A DNA stretch of 20,580 nt from NCBI GenBank assembly GCA_050613775.1, contig JBODTK010000106.1:558001-578580 (forward strand), written 5' to 3'. Of the stretch, positions 1 to 10,911 are shown in pieces. Both the position numbers and the translations under genes were made by a program. Below the pieces are notes generated by a model. That model ran no database searches. It was not told where the DNA came from and saw only the letters and a list, made by a program, of their open reading frames with translations. Each line of letters starts with the position of its first letter. Within the stretch, counting starts at the first letter, position 1. This stretch comes from Neocallimastix sp. 'constans' (Eukaryota).

Positions 1-607
1 TAATTTATTTTTTTTATTTTGTTAAAATCTTTTTTTTTATAAAAAATTACGATTACAATTTTATTTATTAATTATTGTTTAAATTAATTATTTTTATTTA
101 TTTATTATTATTATTTTTTTTTATTATATTATATTATTAATTATTAATTATTTATTTTTATTTTTATTTTTATAATATATATTATTATTTTTTTTTTATT
201 GAATTATATTATGTTATTACTATTTATTAATGATTATATAAATTATAATTATTAGTACTATGATATGATTGTTATTAATATAATTATTGAAATAAAATTA
301 TAAAATTAATAAATATTAATTTTTATTATAATTTATAATTGATTTGATTATTTTTTAATTTACCATCATTATATTATATTTTATTTTATTTTTTATTTTT
401 TATTTTTTTTTTTTTTTAAAATATTATTTCTATATTAAATAAAATAAAATAATAATATAAAATTAATGTTAATAATAGTATTTAATAATTATAATTTTAT
501 TTTCTATTTAAATTGTATCTATCATATAAATATTTTGATAATTAGATAATTCAATAGATCATATCCAAAACTATATATAAAAAAAAAATTATAAACCAAT
601 ATATTTA

Positions 608-612
<5 letters not shown>

Positions 613-667
<55 letters not shown>

Positions 668-757
668 TTAATGGTATAAAATTTTATTATAAATTTTAAT
701 TTTTTTTTTTCTTTTTTTCTTTTTTTTTTTTTTATTTTATTTTTTTTTATTTTTTTT

Positions 758-795
<38 letters not shown>
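613..795. repeat. Poly(T) tracts (613-662, and T-rich 697-795), A-rich on the sense strand of the CAP-Gly gene
   Basis: Read directly. Confidence 0.95.
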
Positions 796-799
<4 letters not shown>

Positions 800-831
800 T
801 TACTACGATTATTAATTAATTGGATTTTCTT

Positions 832-3800
832 TTATTCACTTTCATCACCCAGAATATCACATAACATCAATATACTACTTTGTTTCTTAATACTATCATT
901 TGAATTAGATGTATTGAATGATTTACTTCTTTTACTAACTGAATTATCTGAATTTGGATAGGATGATAATGAACGTGTTCTTGGTATGATTTCTGAATAG
1001 ATATTTAATTGTCGATCTGTTAATAATTCCGGTTTAAAAGAATTATTATGTGGTAAATTTGAATGTTTTTTTCTTTCATTTAAAGAGGCCGAACGATCAA
1101 GAGGACTTGCCATGATTTTACCTTTTTCTATATATTCCGGTTTACTTTCCCTTCTTACAGGAATCCTATCTAAACTATTAGTTGTTCTTTTAGGAAGTTT
1201 ATCCATATCATTTATAATTAATAATTTATTATAATCATCTTCTAAATTCTTATAATCTTTTAGTATTTGATTGTTTTTATCTTCTAATATATGATTATTT
1301 TCTTCTAAATGATGAATCTTCTGTTTAGCATATTCTAATTCTAGGGTTATATCTTCTAAATCCATATTACTTAATACTTTAGCCTCTTCTAATTCATCAC
1401 GTAAATCTTGTATTTCTAGTTTCATTCTTTCAAATTCTTCTTCTTTTTCTTTTGTCATTTTATTTTGCTTATCATCAACATCATTTTTATTATTATTTGC
1501 ATTATTTTTATCATCATTTTTATCATCTCTATCATTCTTATCATCTATATTATTTTTATTTTTATCATCTATTTCACTTGTACTCTCTTTGTCTTTTTTG
1601 TCATCTATATCATTTTTATCTCTCTTAGTATTGTCTTCATAAGGCTCATTACTTTTTTCTTTCTTTTCATATGTTTCATCTTTTAATCCTTTTTCGTTTG
1701 TATCATCTGAATCTATCATATTTATCATTAAATCTAAATCATCATCTATTGCAGATTCAAAACTTTCACGACTTTCATTGAGAGAATGTTTTGAGTTAAA
1801 CTGCTTTTTAGCTTGAAGTAAACTTTCCTTCAATTCTTCGATTTCCTTTTTATATTTTTGAGATTGTAAACGTTCATGTTCTAATTCATCTAAAATTTTT
1901 TCCTTTTCTTTTAATAATAAATTATATGAGGAACTCTTTTGATCAGATAGTGAAGTAGACGTAGAAGTAGAAGTAGAATCGTTAACATTTTGATGGTTAA
2001 TCTCTTCTATTTGTTTACTTAATTTTTCATTTTTTTCCTTCAAACGAGAGACTTCATCATCATAGTCATCTTTCAATTCCTTAATATCTCTTTCCAATTC
2101 ATCAATATTTTTAAGAAGAGAGGATTTTTCATTCTCATAATTTTCCTTCACCTTTTCTATTTCTTCAATATTTTCATTACGAAGATGTAATATAATATCA
2201 TTTGTTTCTTTTTCTTTTTCTTCTTTTTCTTCCAAAATACGTTGAATTTTTTCTTCGGATTTCTTTAATTTCTCGTCATAGTCACGTTTAACCGTTGAAA
2301 TAGTCTTCTCTGATTCATCCAATCTTTCCTCATATTTTTCCTTTAAACGAGATATTTCTGCTTCATAATCATCCTTTAATTTATTAATTTCATCAATATT
2401 CTCACTTCTCAAATACAATAGCTTGGCATCTGACTCCTTATGTTCTGCTTCATTTTCCCCCTTCATTTTTGTTATTAATTCTTCTGATTTTTTCAATTTC
2501 TCCTGATAATCAGATCGAATACTTTCAATTAATTTATTGGATTCATTAATTTCTTTTTGATATACATCCTTTAAACGTGATATTTCATCTTTGGATTCTT
2601 CTAATTGCTTCTGATAATCTTCAATGGCTACATCATTTTTATTTTGAAGTTCATCTTTTTCATTAACTAAAGATTTTAATTGGTCTCTTAATTCCTGTAT
2701 ATCTTTCTCATAATTATCTACCTTTTCTTGATACTCTGATTTCAACTTTTCTATTTCAAATACAAGATCAGTTTCTTTTGTTTGATTATTATTTTTAATT
2801 TCTTCTAAACTTCTTTCATAATCTTCTTTTCTTTTTGTCATTTGATCTTCCTTCTCTTTAATTTGTTTTTCATATTGATGAACAAGATTCGTAGCATCTT
2901 CTAATTGAACTTGTAAATCACTAATTGATCTTTCAAACTTTTCTATCCTTTCTGTATTACTATTCATTGAATATTGACATTCTTCCTTCACTTTTTGAAG
3001 GTCTTCTTGTGACCTATCAAGCTGTTCCTTAAGGGTATTATTTTCCTGTTGAATAGCATCGAACTCATTAATAACCCTAGACTTTTCTTCAATAGCATCA
3101 TTTAAACTGGCAACTTCTTTACGAAGTGAAATAGTTTCTTTTACTTCTTCGTCATAGGCCGTCTGTTTATCAAGAAAGCGGTTTTCCAAATTTTTATAAT
3201 CCTTTTGAGATTTTTCGATTATTGTTTTCAGATTTAATATTTCATTATTCAATTTTTGAGATTCATTCTGAGAAATGAGAGCCGCGTTATCTATTAATTC
3301 TTGTTTTTCATTTAATTCTAATTCTTTCAATGAAATTAATTCTTTAAAATCTTCTAATTTTACCTTCAATTGTTTTATTTCTTCTTCATACATAAAACAT
3401 TCATCTTCCTTCTCTGATATTTGTTTTTCTAAATTTATTTTCACATCATTAAGACTTTTAACTTTCTCTTCAAAGTCATATTTTTCCTCATTTAATCCTA
3501 AAACTTTTTCATCCAATCGATAGAGTTCCTCATTTAACTTACCTACTTGACTATCTAATTTTTCCTCCAACTTTTTCACTTCTTCCTTTAAATCTTCATT
3601 TTCTTTCTGAAACTTTTTAGATTCTTGTTCAAAATTTTCTTTTTCTACCTTTTCAATTTCTAATTCTAATTTTAATTCGCTACATTCCTCTTGAAGTCGT
3701 TCTAATTCATTAACACAATTAATAACATTAACTTTACAATCTTCATTTTCTTTTTCCAATTGATCTAATTTATCCGTAAGTTCTGAAAGTAACTGATAAT

Positions 3801-6534
3801 ACTCTTGAGACTGCTTTGTTAAAGATTCAATTTCTTGTTTTAATCTCTCTTCAGATTGGTCACTTTCATTTAATGTTTTTTCCATATCCTCAACCAATCC
3901 ATTGAATTTTCGAATACTTTCTTCTTTTAAAACATCACGTTCTTCTTGTAACTTAGCAATAGTCATTTCTAAGTTTCTAATATGTTCATCCGCTTGTTCC
4001 AATGCCATTTCTTGTTGATTAAATTGATTGTTAAAATGAACTTCTACTTGATGATGATGATCATCCATTTCAAAAATTTCCTTTTCCATCGATTGAATTT
4101 GAAGACTTAATTCTTGACATTGTTCTTCATAATGTTTAGCTAAATTATTAGCTCGCGTTATTTCTTGTTCAGCTTCAGTTCTTTCGCGAAGATGATCCTG
4201 ATTCATCTGATATGAAAGATTTTTCATTTCTTCTAATTTATTCTCTAAATCCTCTCTTTCTATTAAAAGCTGATTTTTATAATCAGCGAAATCATGCTCC
4301 AAGTTCTCCCTATCACTTTTAGCTTCTTCTGCATACCGGTCAAAATTTTCCTTTAAAATATTATATTCCTCTGAAACTATATTGTATTGTTCATAATAAT
4401 ATCTAAATTTACTTTCTAAATCATCCAATTTTTTGGTTTTATCAGCAATATCCCCATGAAGTTGACTCATATTATCTTGATAATTTTGTTGAATACTATC
4501 CTTTTTAGATTTTATATCTTCTATTAAACTTTCCAAAGATTGTTTTTCGCCGATTAGTGAATTCATTTTACTCTCTGTATTATTCAATCTCTCTTTTAAC
4601 TCTTTTGATTCTTCTTTAGTTTTTATTAATTCATGGGTTAATTCAGCAATAATCTGTTTGGATTCTTTATCATTTTCATCATTACTATGATTTACTATTG
4701 AATTTTGTTGGGTTAAACGGTCAATAAGAGTTTGAAATTTATCTATTGAATAACGCATTTCTTCTGATGTATTGTTCATTAAATCCTTTTCCTGCTCGTA
4801 CATGTCTTTAATAGATTCTTGATCAGTAAATTTTAAGCCCTTTTGTGAACTAAAAGAAATACTTCTACCATTTTTTGATTTCAAAGAACTATGACGTTTT
4901 ATCTGATCAAAAAGAAGTGATCGTGATGGTTTCAATGATGTCTTCTGTGGTGAGCTACTTTTAGCAATACTAAATGAACTAGAATGTGCCCTAGATCTTA
5001 ATTTCGTTCCTGTACTATTTTTACTATACATATCATTCTCTTCATTGGTATCTGTACTATTTTCAGCTTGTTGATGTAAATTAAGTGACCTAGCTTGAAA
5101 ATTCAAATTTACTGGAGAATCTGATTCAATAGTTGGACTTTTCAATAATTCATGTTCACTAGTAATTGAACCAGCGATACTTGTCCTCTTTTTATTCGGG
5201 TATTCAATTGCGCTAATTGGTTTTATAAATTCAGGTCTTTCTAAACTATAATAATTACCTTTTTTATTATTTGAGAATTCATTTATGTCTAAGCTAAGCC
5301 GTTTTGAATTACTAAGACGTTTACTAGGTCTTAATTTAGGTGAAACAGGTGTTGAGTTTGCAATTTTAATATAATTTTTATTCATTCCATTATTTGGAAT
5401 TATAGAAGTAAACTTTTTATCTTGTGGAGAACCATTTACTGTACTAGACGTTACGGACAATTTTTCAGAAAGAATATCATCATCAAAATGACCTAAAACT
5501 TCTTCATTAGTATTAGTTTCAAAATTTTCATTAACTTTTAATGTATCATCTTCACAACTACTATCATTACAAATTTCATTACCTATTTTTTCTTCATTAT
5601 TCCCAATTGTTTTAACACTATCTCGTTTATTTATATCCATATTAACATTATCCCTGATTGATTTAAGCTCATTTAAAAGTTCTTTTTTATTATTACTCAT
5701 TGTTATTAAAGTATGCTGTTCGTTTTTATCTTCTTTCGATTTTGGAGGAGGAATAAGCTTTTTATTAATTTTTGGTGAAAAACTATGTGAACTATAAATA
5801 TTTTTTGTAGATGACACAATACCTGCAGATTTCGGTTGATTTTTTGTTTTTAATGGAGCTTTGGATAGCGAATGAGAAGAACTTGAACGAGTAGTTGGAG
5901 ATGTTTGGGGCGAAGGCAATTCTAATGAAGATTTTATAGATGATGAAGATAAAGACCTTGACGAATTCAATTTTTTTAGTGATTCTGTACTACTATGTAA
6001 TTTTGATTTATTTAGTGATGAACTTTTAGATTTGCTTATTTTAGAATCTGTAATAATAGATATTTTACTTTTATTTTTTAGGCCAATTTTACTTCTAGTA
6101 TTAGGTGACGTTGATACTTCTAATACATTATCTTCAGTTCCTTGATCGTTACTTAGTTTTTCTACTGCACTTATTGGAATAAAAATACCTGTTAAAGGTG
6201 GACATTTAAAATATGTTACACCCATTACTGTACCATTATTTTTTCCAACACCACGTTTATCTAATTCTACTCCAACCCATATTCCCGTTTTAAATTTGGT
6301 TTCTCCTACATATCTAACTGTTCCTTTTTGATTTGTTGTTTTTATAAATACGTAATCATTTACATTTACATCATAATCAATATTTTTTTGGGTATTGCTT
6401 TTATGATTTATTTCCAAAGTTGGTGATAAGGAAGTTTTCGATTTCATTGAATATTTTGCGCCACCAATTTTTGATGGTGTTTGAAATTTTAAATTATTTT
6501 TAGTAGATATTCCATAAGTAGGTAGTTTAGACAT
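832..6534 (-). CDS. CAP-Gly domain, long coiled-coil microtubule-associated protein (CLIP-170/Bik1/Tip1- or p150Glued-like architecture), single exon, 1900 aa
   Basis: Uninterrupted 5.7-kb ORF in DNA where stop codons are very frequent. aa 58-127 match CAP-Gly (GTVRYVGETKFKTGIWVGVELDKRGVGKNNGTVMGVTYFKC..GIFI). A basic Ser-rich region follows, then about 1100 aa of E/K/L-rich coiled coil. Orthology cannot be assigned by eye. Confidence 0.93.
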   Translation of the reverse strand: MSKLPTYGISTKNNLKFQTPSKIGGAKYSMKSKTSLSPTLEINHKSNTQKNIDYDVNVNDYVFIKTTNQKGTVRYVGETKFKTGIWVGVELDKRGVGKNNGTVMGVTYFKCPPLTGIFIPISAVEKLSNDQGTEDNVLEVSTSPNTRSKIGLKNKSKISIITDSKISKSKSSSLNKSKLHSSTESLKKLNSSRSLSSSSIKSSLELPSPQTSPTTRSSSSHSLSKAPLKTKNQPKSAGIVSSTKNIYSSHSFSPKINKKLIPPPKSKEDKNEQHTLITMSNNKKELLNELKSIRDNVNMDINKRDSVKTIGNNEEKIGNEICNDSSCEDDTLKVNENFETNTNEEVLGHFDDDILSEKLSVTSSTVNGSPQDKKFTSIIPNNGMNKNYIKIANSTPVSPKLRPSKRLSNSKRLSLDINEFSNNKKGNYYSLERPEFIKPISAIEYPNKKRTSIAGSITSEHELLKSPTIESDSPVNLNFQARSLNLHQQAENSTDTNEENDMYSKNSTGTKLRSRAHSSSFSIAKSSSPQKTSLKPSRSLLFDQIKRHSSLKSKNGRSISFSSQKGLKFTDQESIKDMYEQEKDLMNNTSEEMRYSIDKFQTLIDRLTQQNSIVNHSNDENDKESKQIIAELTHELIKTKEESKELKERLNNTESKMNSLIGEKQSLESLIEDIKSKKDSIQQNYQDNMSQLHGDIADKTKKLDDLESKFRYYYEQYNIVSEEYNILKENFDRYAEEAKSDRENLEHDFADYKNQLLIEREDLENKLEEMKNLSYQMNQDHLRERTEAEQEITRANNLAKHYEEQCQELSLQIQSMEKEIFEMDDHHHQVEVHFNNQFNQQEMALEQADEHIRNLEMTIAKLQEERDVLKEESIRKFNGLVEDMEKTLNESDQSEERLKQEIESLTKQSQEYYQLLSELTDKLDQLEKENEDCKVNVINCVNELERLQEECSELKLELEIEKVEKENFEQESKKFQKENEDLKEEVKKLEEKLDSQVGKLNEELYRLDEKVLGLNEEKYDFEEKVKSLNDVKINLEKQISEKEDECFMYEEEIKQLKVKLEDFKELISLKELELNEKQELIDNAALISQNESQKLNNEILNLKTIIEKSQKDYKNLENRFLDKQTAYDEEVKETISLRKEVASLNDAIEEKSRVINEFDAIQQENNTLKEQLDRSQEDLQKVKEECQYSMNSNTERIEKFERSISDLQVQLEDATNLVHQYEKQIKEKEDQMTKRKEDYERSLEEIKNNNQTKETDLVFEIEKLKSEYQEKVDNYEKDIQELRDQLKSLVNEKDELQNKNDVAIEDYQKQLEESKDEISRLKDVYQKEINESNKLIESIRSDYQEKLKKSEELITKMKGENEAEHKESDAKLLYLRSENIDEINKLKDDYEAEISRLKEKYEERLDESEKTISTVKRDYDEKLKKSEEKIQRILEEKEEKEKETNDIILHLRNENIEEIEKVKENYENEKSSLLKNIDELERDIKELKDDYDDEVSRLKEKNEKLSKQIEEINHQNVNDSTSTSTSTSLSDQKSSSYNLLLKEKEKILDELEHERLQSQKYKKEIEELKESLLQAKKQFNSKHSLNESRESFESAIDDDLDLMINMIDSDDTNEKGLKDETYEKKEKSNEPYEDNTKRDKNDIDDKKDKESTSEIDDKNKNNIDDKNDRDDKNDDKNNANNNKNDVDDKQNKMTKEKEEEFERMKLEIQDLRDELEEAKVLSNMDLEDITLELEYAKQKIHHLEENNHILEDKNNQILKDYKNLEDDYNKLLIINDMDKLPKRTTNSLDRIPVRRESKPEYIEKGKIMASPLDRSASLNERKKHSNLPHNNSFKPELLTDRQLNIYSEIIPRTRSLSSYPNSDNSVSKRSKSFNTSNSNDSIKKQSSILMLCDILGDESE
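6154..6363 (-). other. CAP-Gly domain (aa 58-127) with a GKNNG variant of the GKNDG motif (6232-6246)
   Basis: Direct match to the CAP-Gly consensus G-x-V-R-Y-x-G...G-x-W-V-G-V-E-L-D...G-K-N-[DN]-G-x-V-x-G-x-x-Y-F-x-C...G-x-F. Confidence 0.95.
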
Positions 6535-7275
6535 GATTAAATATATTCATATATATAATTGGTATATTATTAAACAAAAAAAACAAAAAAAAGATTTATA
6601 GCAAAACTAATCAAGGTTAAATTTATTGATTAATTTAAATAATTGAATGTTTAATTAAAAAATTTAATAGATTTACAAATATTTAAAAATTGAATGGAAT
6701 TTTTATTATTGTTGATTTTATTAAATTAATTCTAAAAAAATTATTTCGACTTATTTCAAAATCAATTTTGAAATAATATATATATTATTAACTTTCAATA
6801 TATAATATATAAAAAATGAAAGAAAAAAAAATAAAAATAAAAAATAAAATGTAAATTTAATTATTATTATTATATATATAAATGAAAAAATAAAAATAAA
6901 AATAAAAAAATAAAATGTTAAATTTAATTTTTATTACTACATATACATTAATTTATTTAAAAATATACCTTTCTATTAAATATATAATTTTATTATTATT
7001 CTTATTTTGTATATTTTAGTATTATAATAATATTGAAGTTTTTCAATAACAACAAATATAAAAATTTTATATATTATATATTATATATTTTTTTTGATAA
7101 AAATAATATAACATTACTAGCTATATATATGTAATATTGTAATATTATTAATTATTGATCAAATGAAATATGCAAAAGGAAAACAAAAAAAAAAATAAAA
7201 TTATTAATAATCTTTAATTAATTTTTTTTTTTTTCTTGTTTCTTCTTTCACTGTAATTTTGTATATACAAATATA

Positions 7276-7300
7276 TTTCGTTTCGTTTCGATTCGTTTCG
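7276..7300. repeat. (TTTCG)5 pentamer repeat (one ATTCG variant)
   Basis: Read directly: TTTCG TTTCG TTTCG ATTCG TTTCG. Confidence 0.9.
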
Positions 7301-9962
7301 TTTTAATTTTATTTAATTTTGTTTTTTGTTTCTTGTTTTTTTAAATATACATATATACAAAAAAATAATTATCTTAGTAAAGGAGTACTATCTAAATATA
7401 TAATTACACTAAAAAAGTCTTTATTATATCATAATATTAACTATTTAATAGTTCCTATTCACTTTAGTATTCTCTTTATTTATTGAATTTTTCAATAAAA
7501 ATAAAAAAAAGAATTTTATTAATAAAATATTATTATTAGTAAATTTATTTTAAATGAATAATTAATTGGTATTATTTATATACGATGTTAAATATATTGT
7601 CAAGTTTTATATTCTTCAATATAAACTTATAATAAAAAATAAAGCATATTATATACACGAACAAATTCAAAAAGCATTCTTATGAATTAATTAATGTGAA
7701 ATAATAAATAAGAATATTTTTTAAATATTCATAGTAGTTTTCCTTCTCTTTCCTTTTATTATCTTTTTTTTTTTTGTTTTGTTTTGTTTTTCTTTTTTTT
7801 TTTTTTTTTTTTATTATTATTCTTTAACTTTATTAATATATATTTAATTATAAAAAAAATTATTTTATTGATAAATATATATTTCTGTTATTTTTTTCTT
7901 ATAAGGTTTTAATATTACAATATAATTAAAAATTTTATTAAAAAATAATAATAAATTTCAAATTAAAAGTTTAATAAAACAAGAAAGAAAATTAGAAGAA
8001 ATACTAAAGTAGAATAATTAATAAAAAGTTAATTTTTGTTATAAAACAGCATATTAAAAAAAATTTTTTTTTGAATAAATTAAATAAAAGGTTTTTTTCT
8101 TATAATGGAAGTAAAAACTCTACTTAATTAATATACTATATTATAGTATATAATAGTATACAATATATATATATTCAACATTAATTGTTCAAAAGAAAAA
8201 TTAAATATACAATAAACTTTATAATAAAATTATTGAATTATTATAAACTAAATATTTTATTATTATAAAAAAAAGTTAAATTTAATATTTGATACATAAA
8301 TATATCATTAATTGATGATATATATATATTATTTAATGAATTTTTATTATGTATGTAATTCTTTTTCTTTTATTTATTTAATAAAATATTCATATATTTT
8401 ATTAAATACTAGTCAATAATGTTAATTATATTAATATTTTTTTTATTATTAGTATTATTTTTGTTTTATATTGTTTTACATTATATTAGTATTATATAAT
8501 TATAATAAAAAAAAAAAATATTATATTTTATAAATTGGGTAATATACTATTTTATTTATATTATTTTAATCAAAATTATAATTATTAAAGTGGATTATAA
8601 TTTAATTTTATATAATTTAAAAGATATTTATTAATTAATTTAATTATAAATATTTTATTTATAAACCATTGAAAATTTATTAGTACAGATTAAAATTCAC
8701 AAATATATATTTAATTATTATATTAATATAATTTATTTAATAATTAATTCAAAAATAAATTTTTATTTTAATCAATTATATACTATTAGATATAATAACA
8801 GTCAAATAAGAAGTATAATATAATATATTGTCATTTTTTAAATTTTCTGTATCTTAAAAAAATAAATTAATATAAAAAAAAAAAGTTTCTTTTATTTTTT
8901 TTAAAAGAATAAAAGAATAATTTATTTATTATATTAAATATTAAAATAAATAAATTAATATATAATTATAAAAGAATAATATCATTACTCATAATATTAA
9001 AATGAGTTAGAAAATATTTATTCTATGATAATTATTCTATAATAATATATATCTGGACTTATTTTAAATTTTCTTACTTTTGTTCTATGAAATATTTATA
9101 CTTAATATTTATATTTATTTGAATAAAATGATAATGTAATTTCTTATAATAATAAATTTATAAAATTGAAATAATCAAATCCCAAAAAAAAAAAAACATA
9201 TATATATATATACAATAAAATACTAGAAGTGTTTTTTTTTTTTTTTTCAACATTTAAAATATTTTATTATATTATTATATTTTTTTTTTAATATTATTAA
9301 TTTTTTTTTAAATAACTATTCAAAAATATATAAAATATAACAAATATTTATTAATATACCTATTCATAAATGAAATAGAGATGATAACTCTTTATCTTAA
9401 ATAGAAGACTAAAATTTTAGTTTTTATATTTGATTAATCAAAATTCTGTTTTTCATTAACCCTTTTGTTATAAAAAACTTTTTTTACAATTAAACATTTG
9501 TCAATATGCGAATTTTTTTTTAAGCCTAAAAATTAAAAACTCTATTTATATTAATAGAACTCTTCAAAAAAGTTGATTTATAATTAACATATACACAGAA
9601 AGAAATAAAGCATAAAATATCTAATAAAAGTTAAAATAATCAAAAGAAAATAATTAATATATTTAGTATGAGAATTATTATTGATACAACAATAAATAAA
9701 CTATTATTTTTATTATATAGATATATTTTTATGTATATAAAGTAATATTTTAAAGGATAAATAAAAAAAGAAAAATAGTACTAATGAAATAAATATAAAT
9801 TTGTGTAACGTACTTTAATATTAATTAAAATTAATATTTTAAATGGAAAAAATAAAATAGAATATTGTTCCTCTAGTCTAGGTTCAATTATATTTTTATA
9901 TTGTTGAAAAATTTTTTATTTTAAAAAAATATATAAAATGCCTTTGAACATAACAAAAGTAA

Positions 9963-10260
9963 TTTATTATTTATTATTTTTTATTTATTATTTATTATTT
10001 ATTATTTATTATTTTTTATTTATTATTTATTATTTATTATTTATTATTTATTATTTATTATTTATTATTTATTATTTTTTATTTATTATTTATTATTTAT
10101 TATTTATTATTTATTATTTATTATTCAATTATTTATCATTTATTATTTATTATTTATTATTTATTATTTATTATTTATTATTTATTATTTATTATTTATA
10201 ATTTATTATTTATTATATTTATTATTTACTTATTTATTAGTTTATAATTATTATTTATTA
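9963..10260. repeat. (TTTATTA)n heptamer tandem repeat, roughly 40 imperfect copies
   Basis: Read directly from the sequence. It generates the spurious FIIYYLL-repeat ORF. Confidence 0.95.
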
Positions 10261-10697
10261 CTTATTAATAGAGATTTCAACATTACATAGATAACAAAAT
10301 TATAAAAAACAATGTGAATAAAATTTTTAATTTAATCTGTATAAAATATAATTTATTATATTTTTAACATTTTTTTTAAACAAAATAATAACTTTTAAAA
10401 CAATATTCTTTTATTTTAAATCTGAAAATATTCATAGATTATAAATAATGATGATAATAATATAAAAATTTTATTTTTAATCTTTCATTAAAAAAATTAG
10501 TATTTATCAATAAATATATTAATAATAATATAGTAAAATTAAATATTATATTAAATTCTTTATTTAATAATAGTTGTAAATAAAGTAATCTTCTATCATT
10601 AATTATCATTCTATAAATTTTTAATCAATTATTACTATGAGTAGTAATTATTATTAATAGTACTATTATTAAGTCATTACAATATGTTTTGTAATTA

Positions 10698-10740
<43 letters not shown>
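10698..10740. repeat. (ATT)n microsatellite
   Basis: Read directly; abuts the left end of copia fragment A. Confidence 0.95.
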
Positions 10741-10741
<1 letters not shown>

Positions 10742-10868
10742 TGAAATTATGTATATAAGAATTATTGATACACGTGATACACACGAATCTAATGTGTTAC
10801 AAATGATAAATATATTCAATACTTTTTTCTTTTTAAAAGAATTATTTAAAACATCAGGATCCATTAGA

Positions 10869-10911
<43 letters not shown>

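Noticed and set aside
1465..3523. Plus-strand ORFs 1465-1686 and 3275-3523
   Set aside because: They are antisense shadows of the K/E/D/N-rich CAP-Gly CDS.
7300..9900. Hidden gene or element in the long intergenic stretch, including short palindromes at 8131-8151 and 9429-9442
   Set aside because: No ORFs, coherent exon chain or recognisable motifs. Short AT palindromes are expected by chance here.
9938..10201. 87-aa hydrophobic FIIYYLL-repeat ORF
   Set aside because: It is a translation of the (TTTATTA)n repeat.
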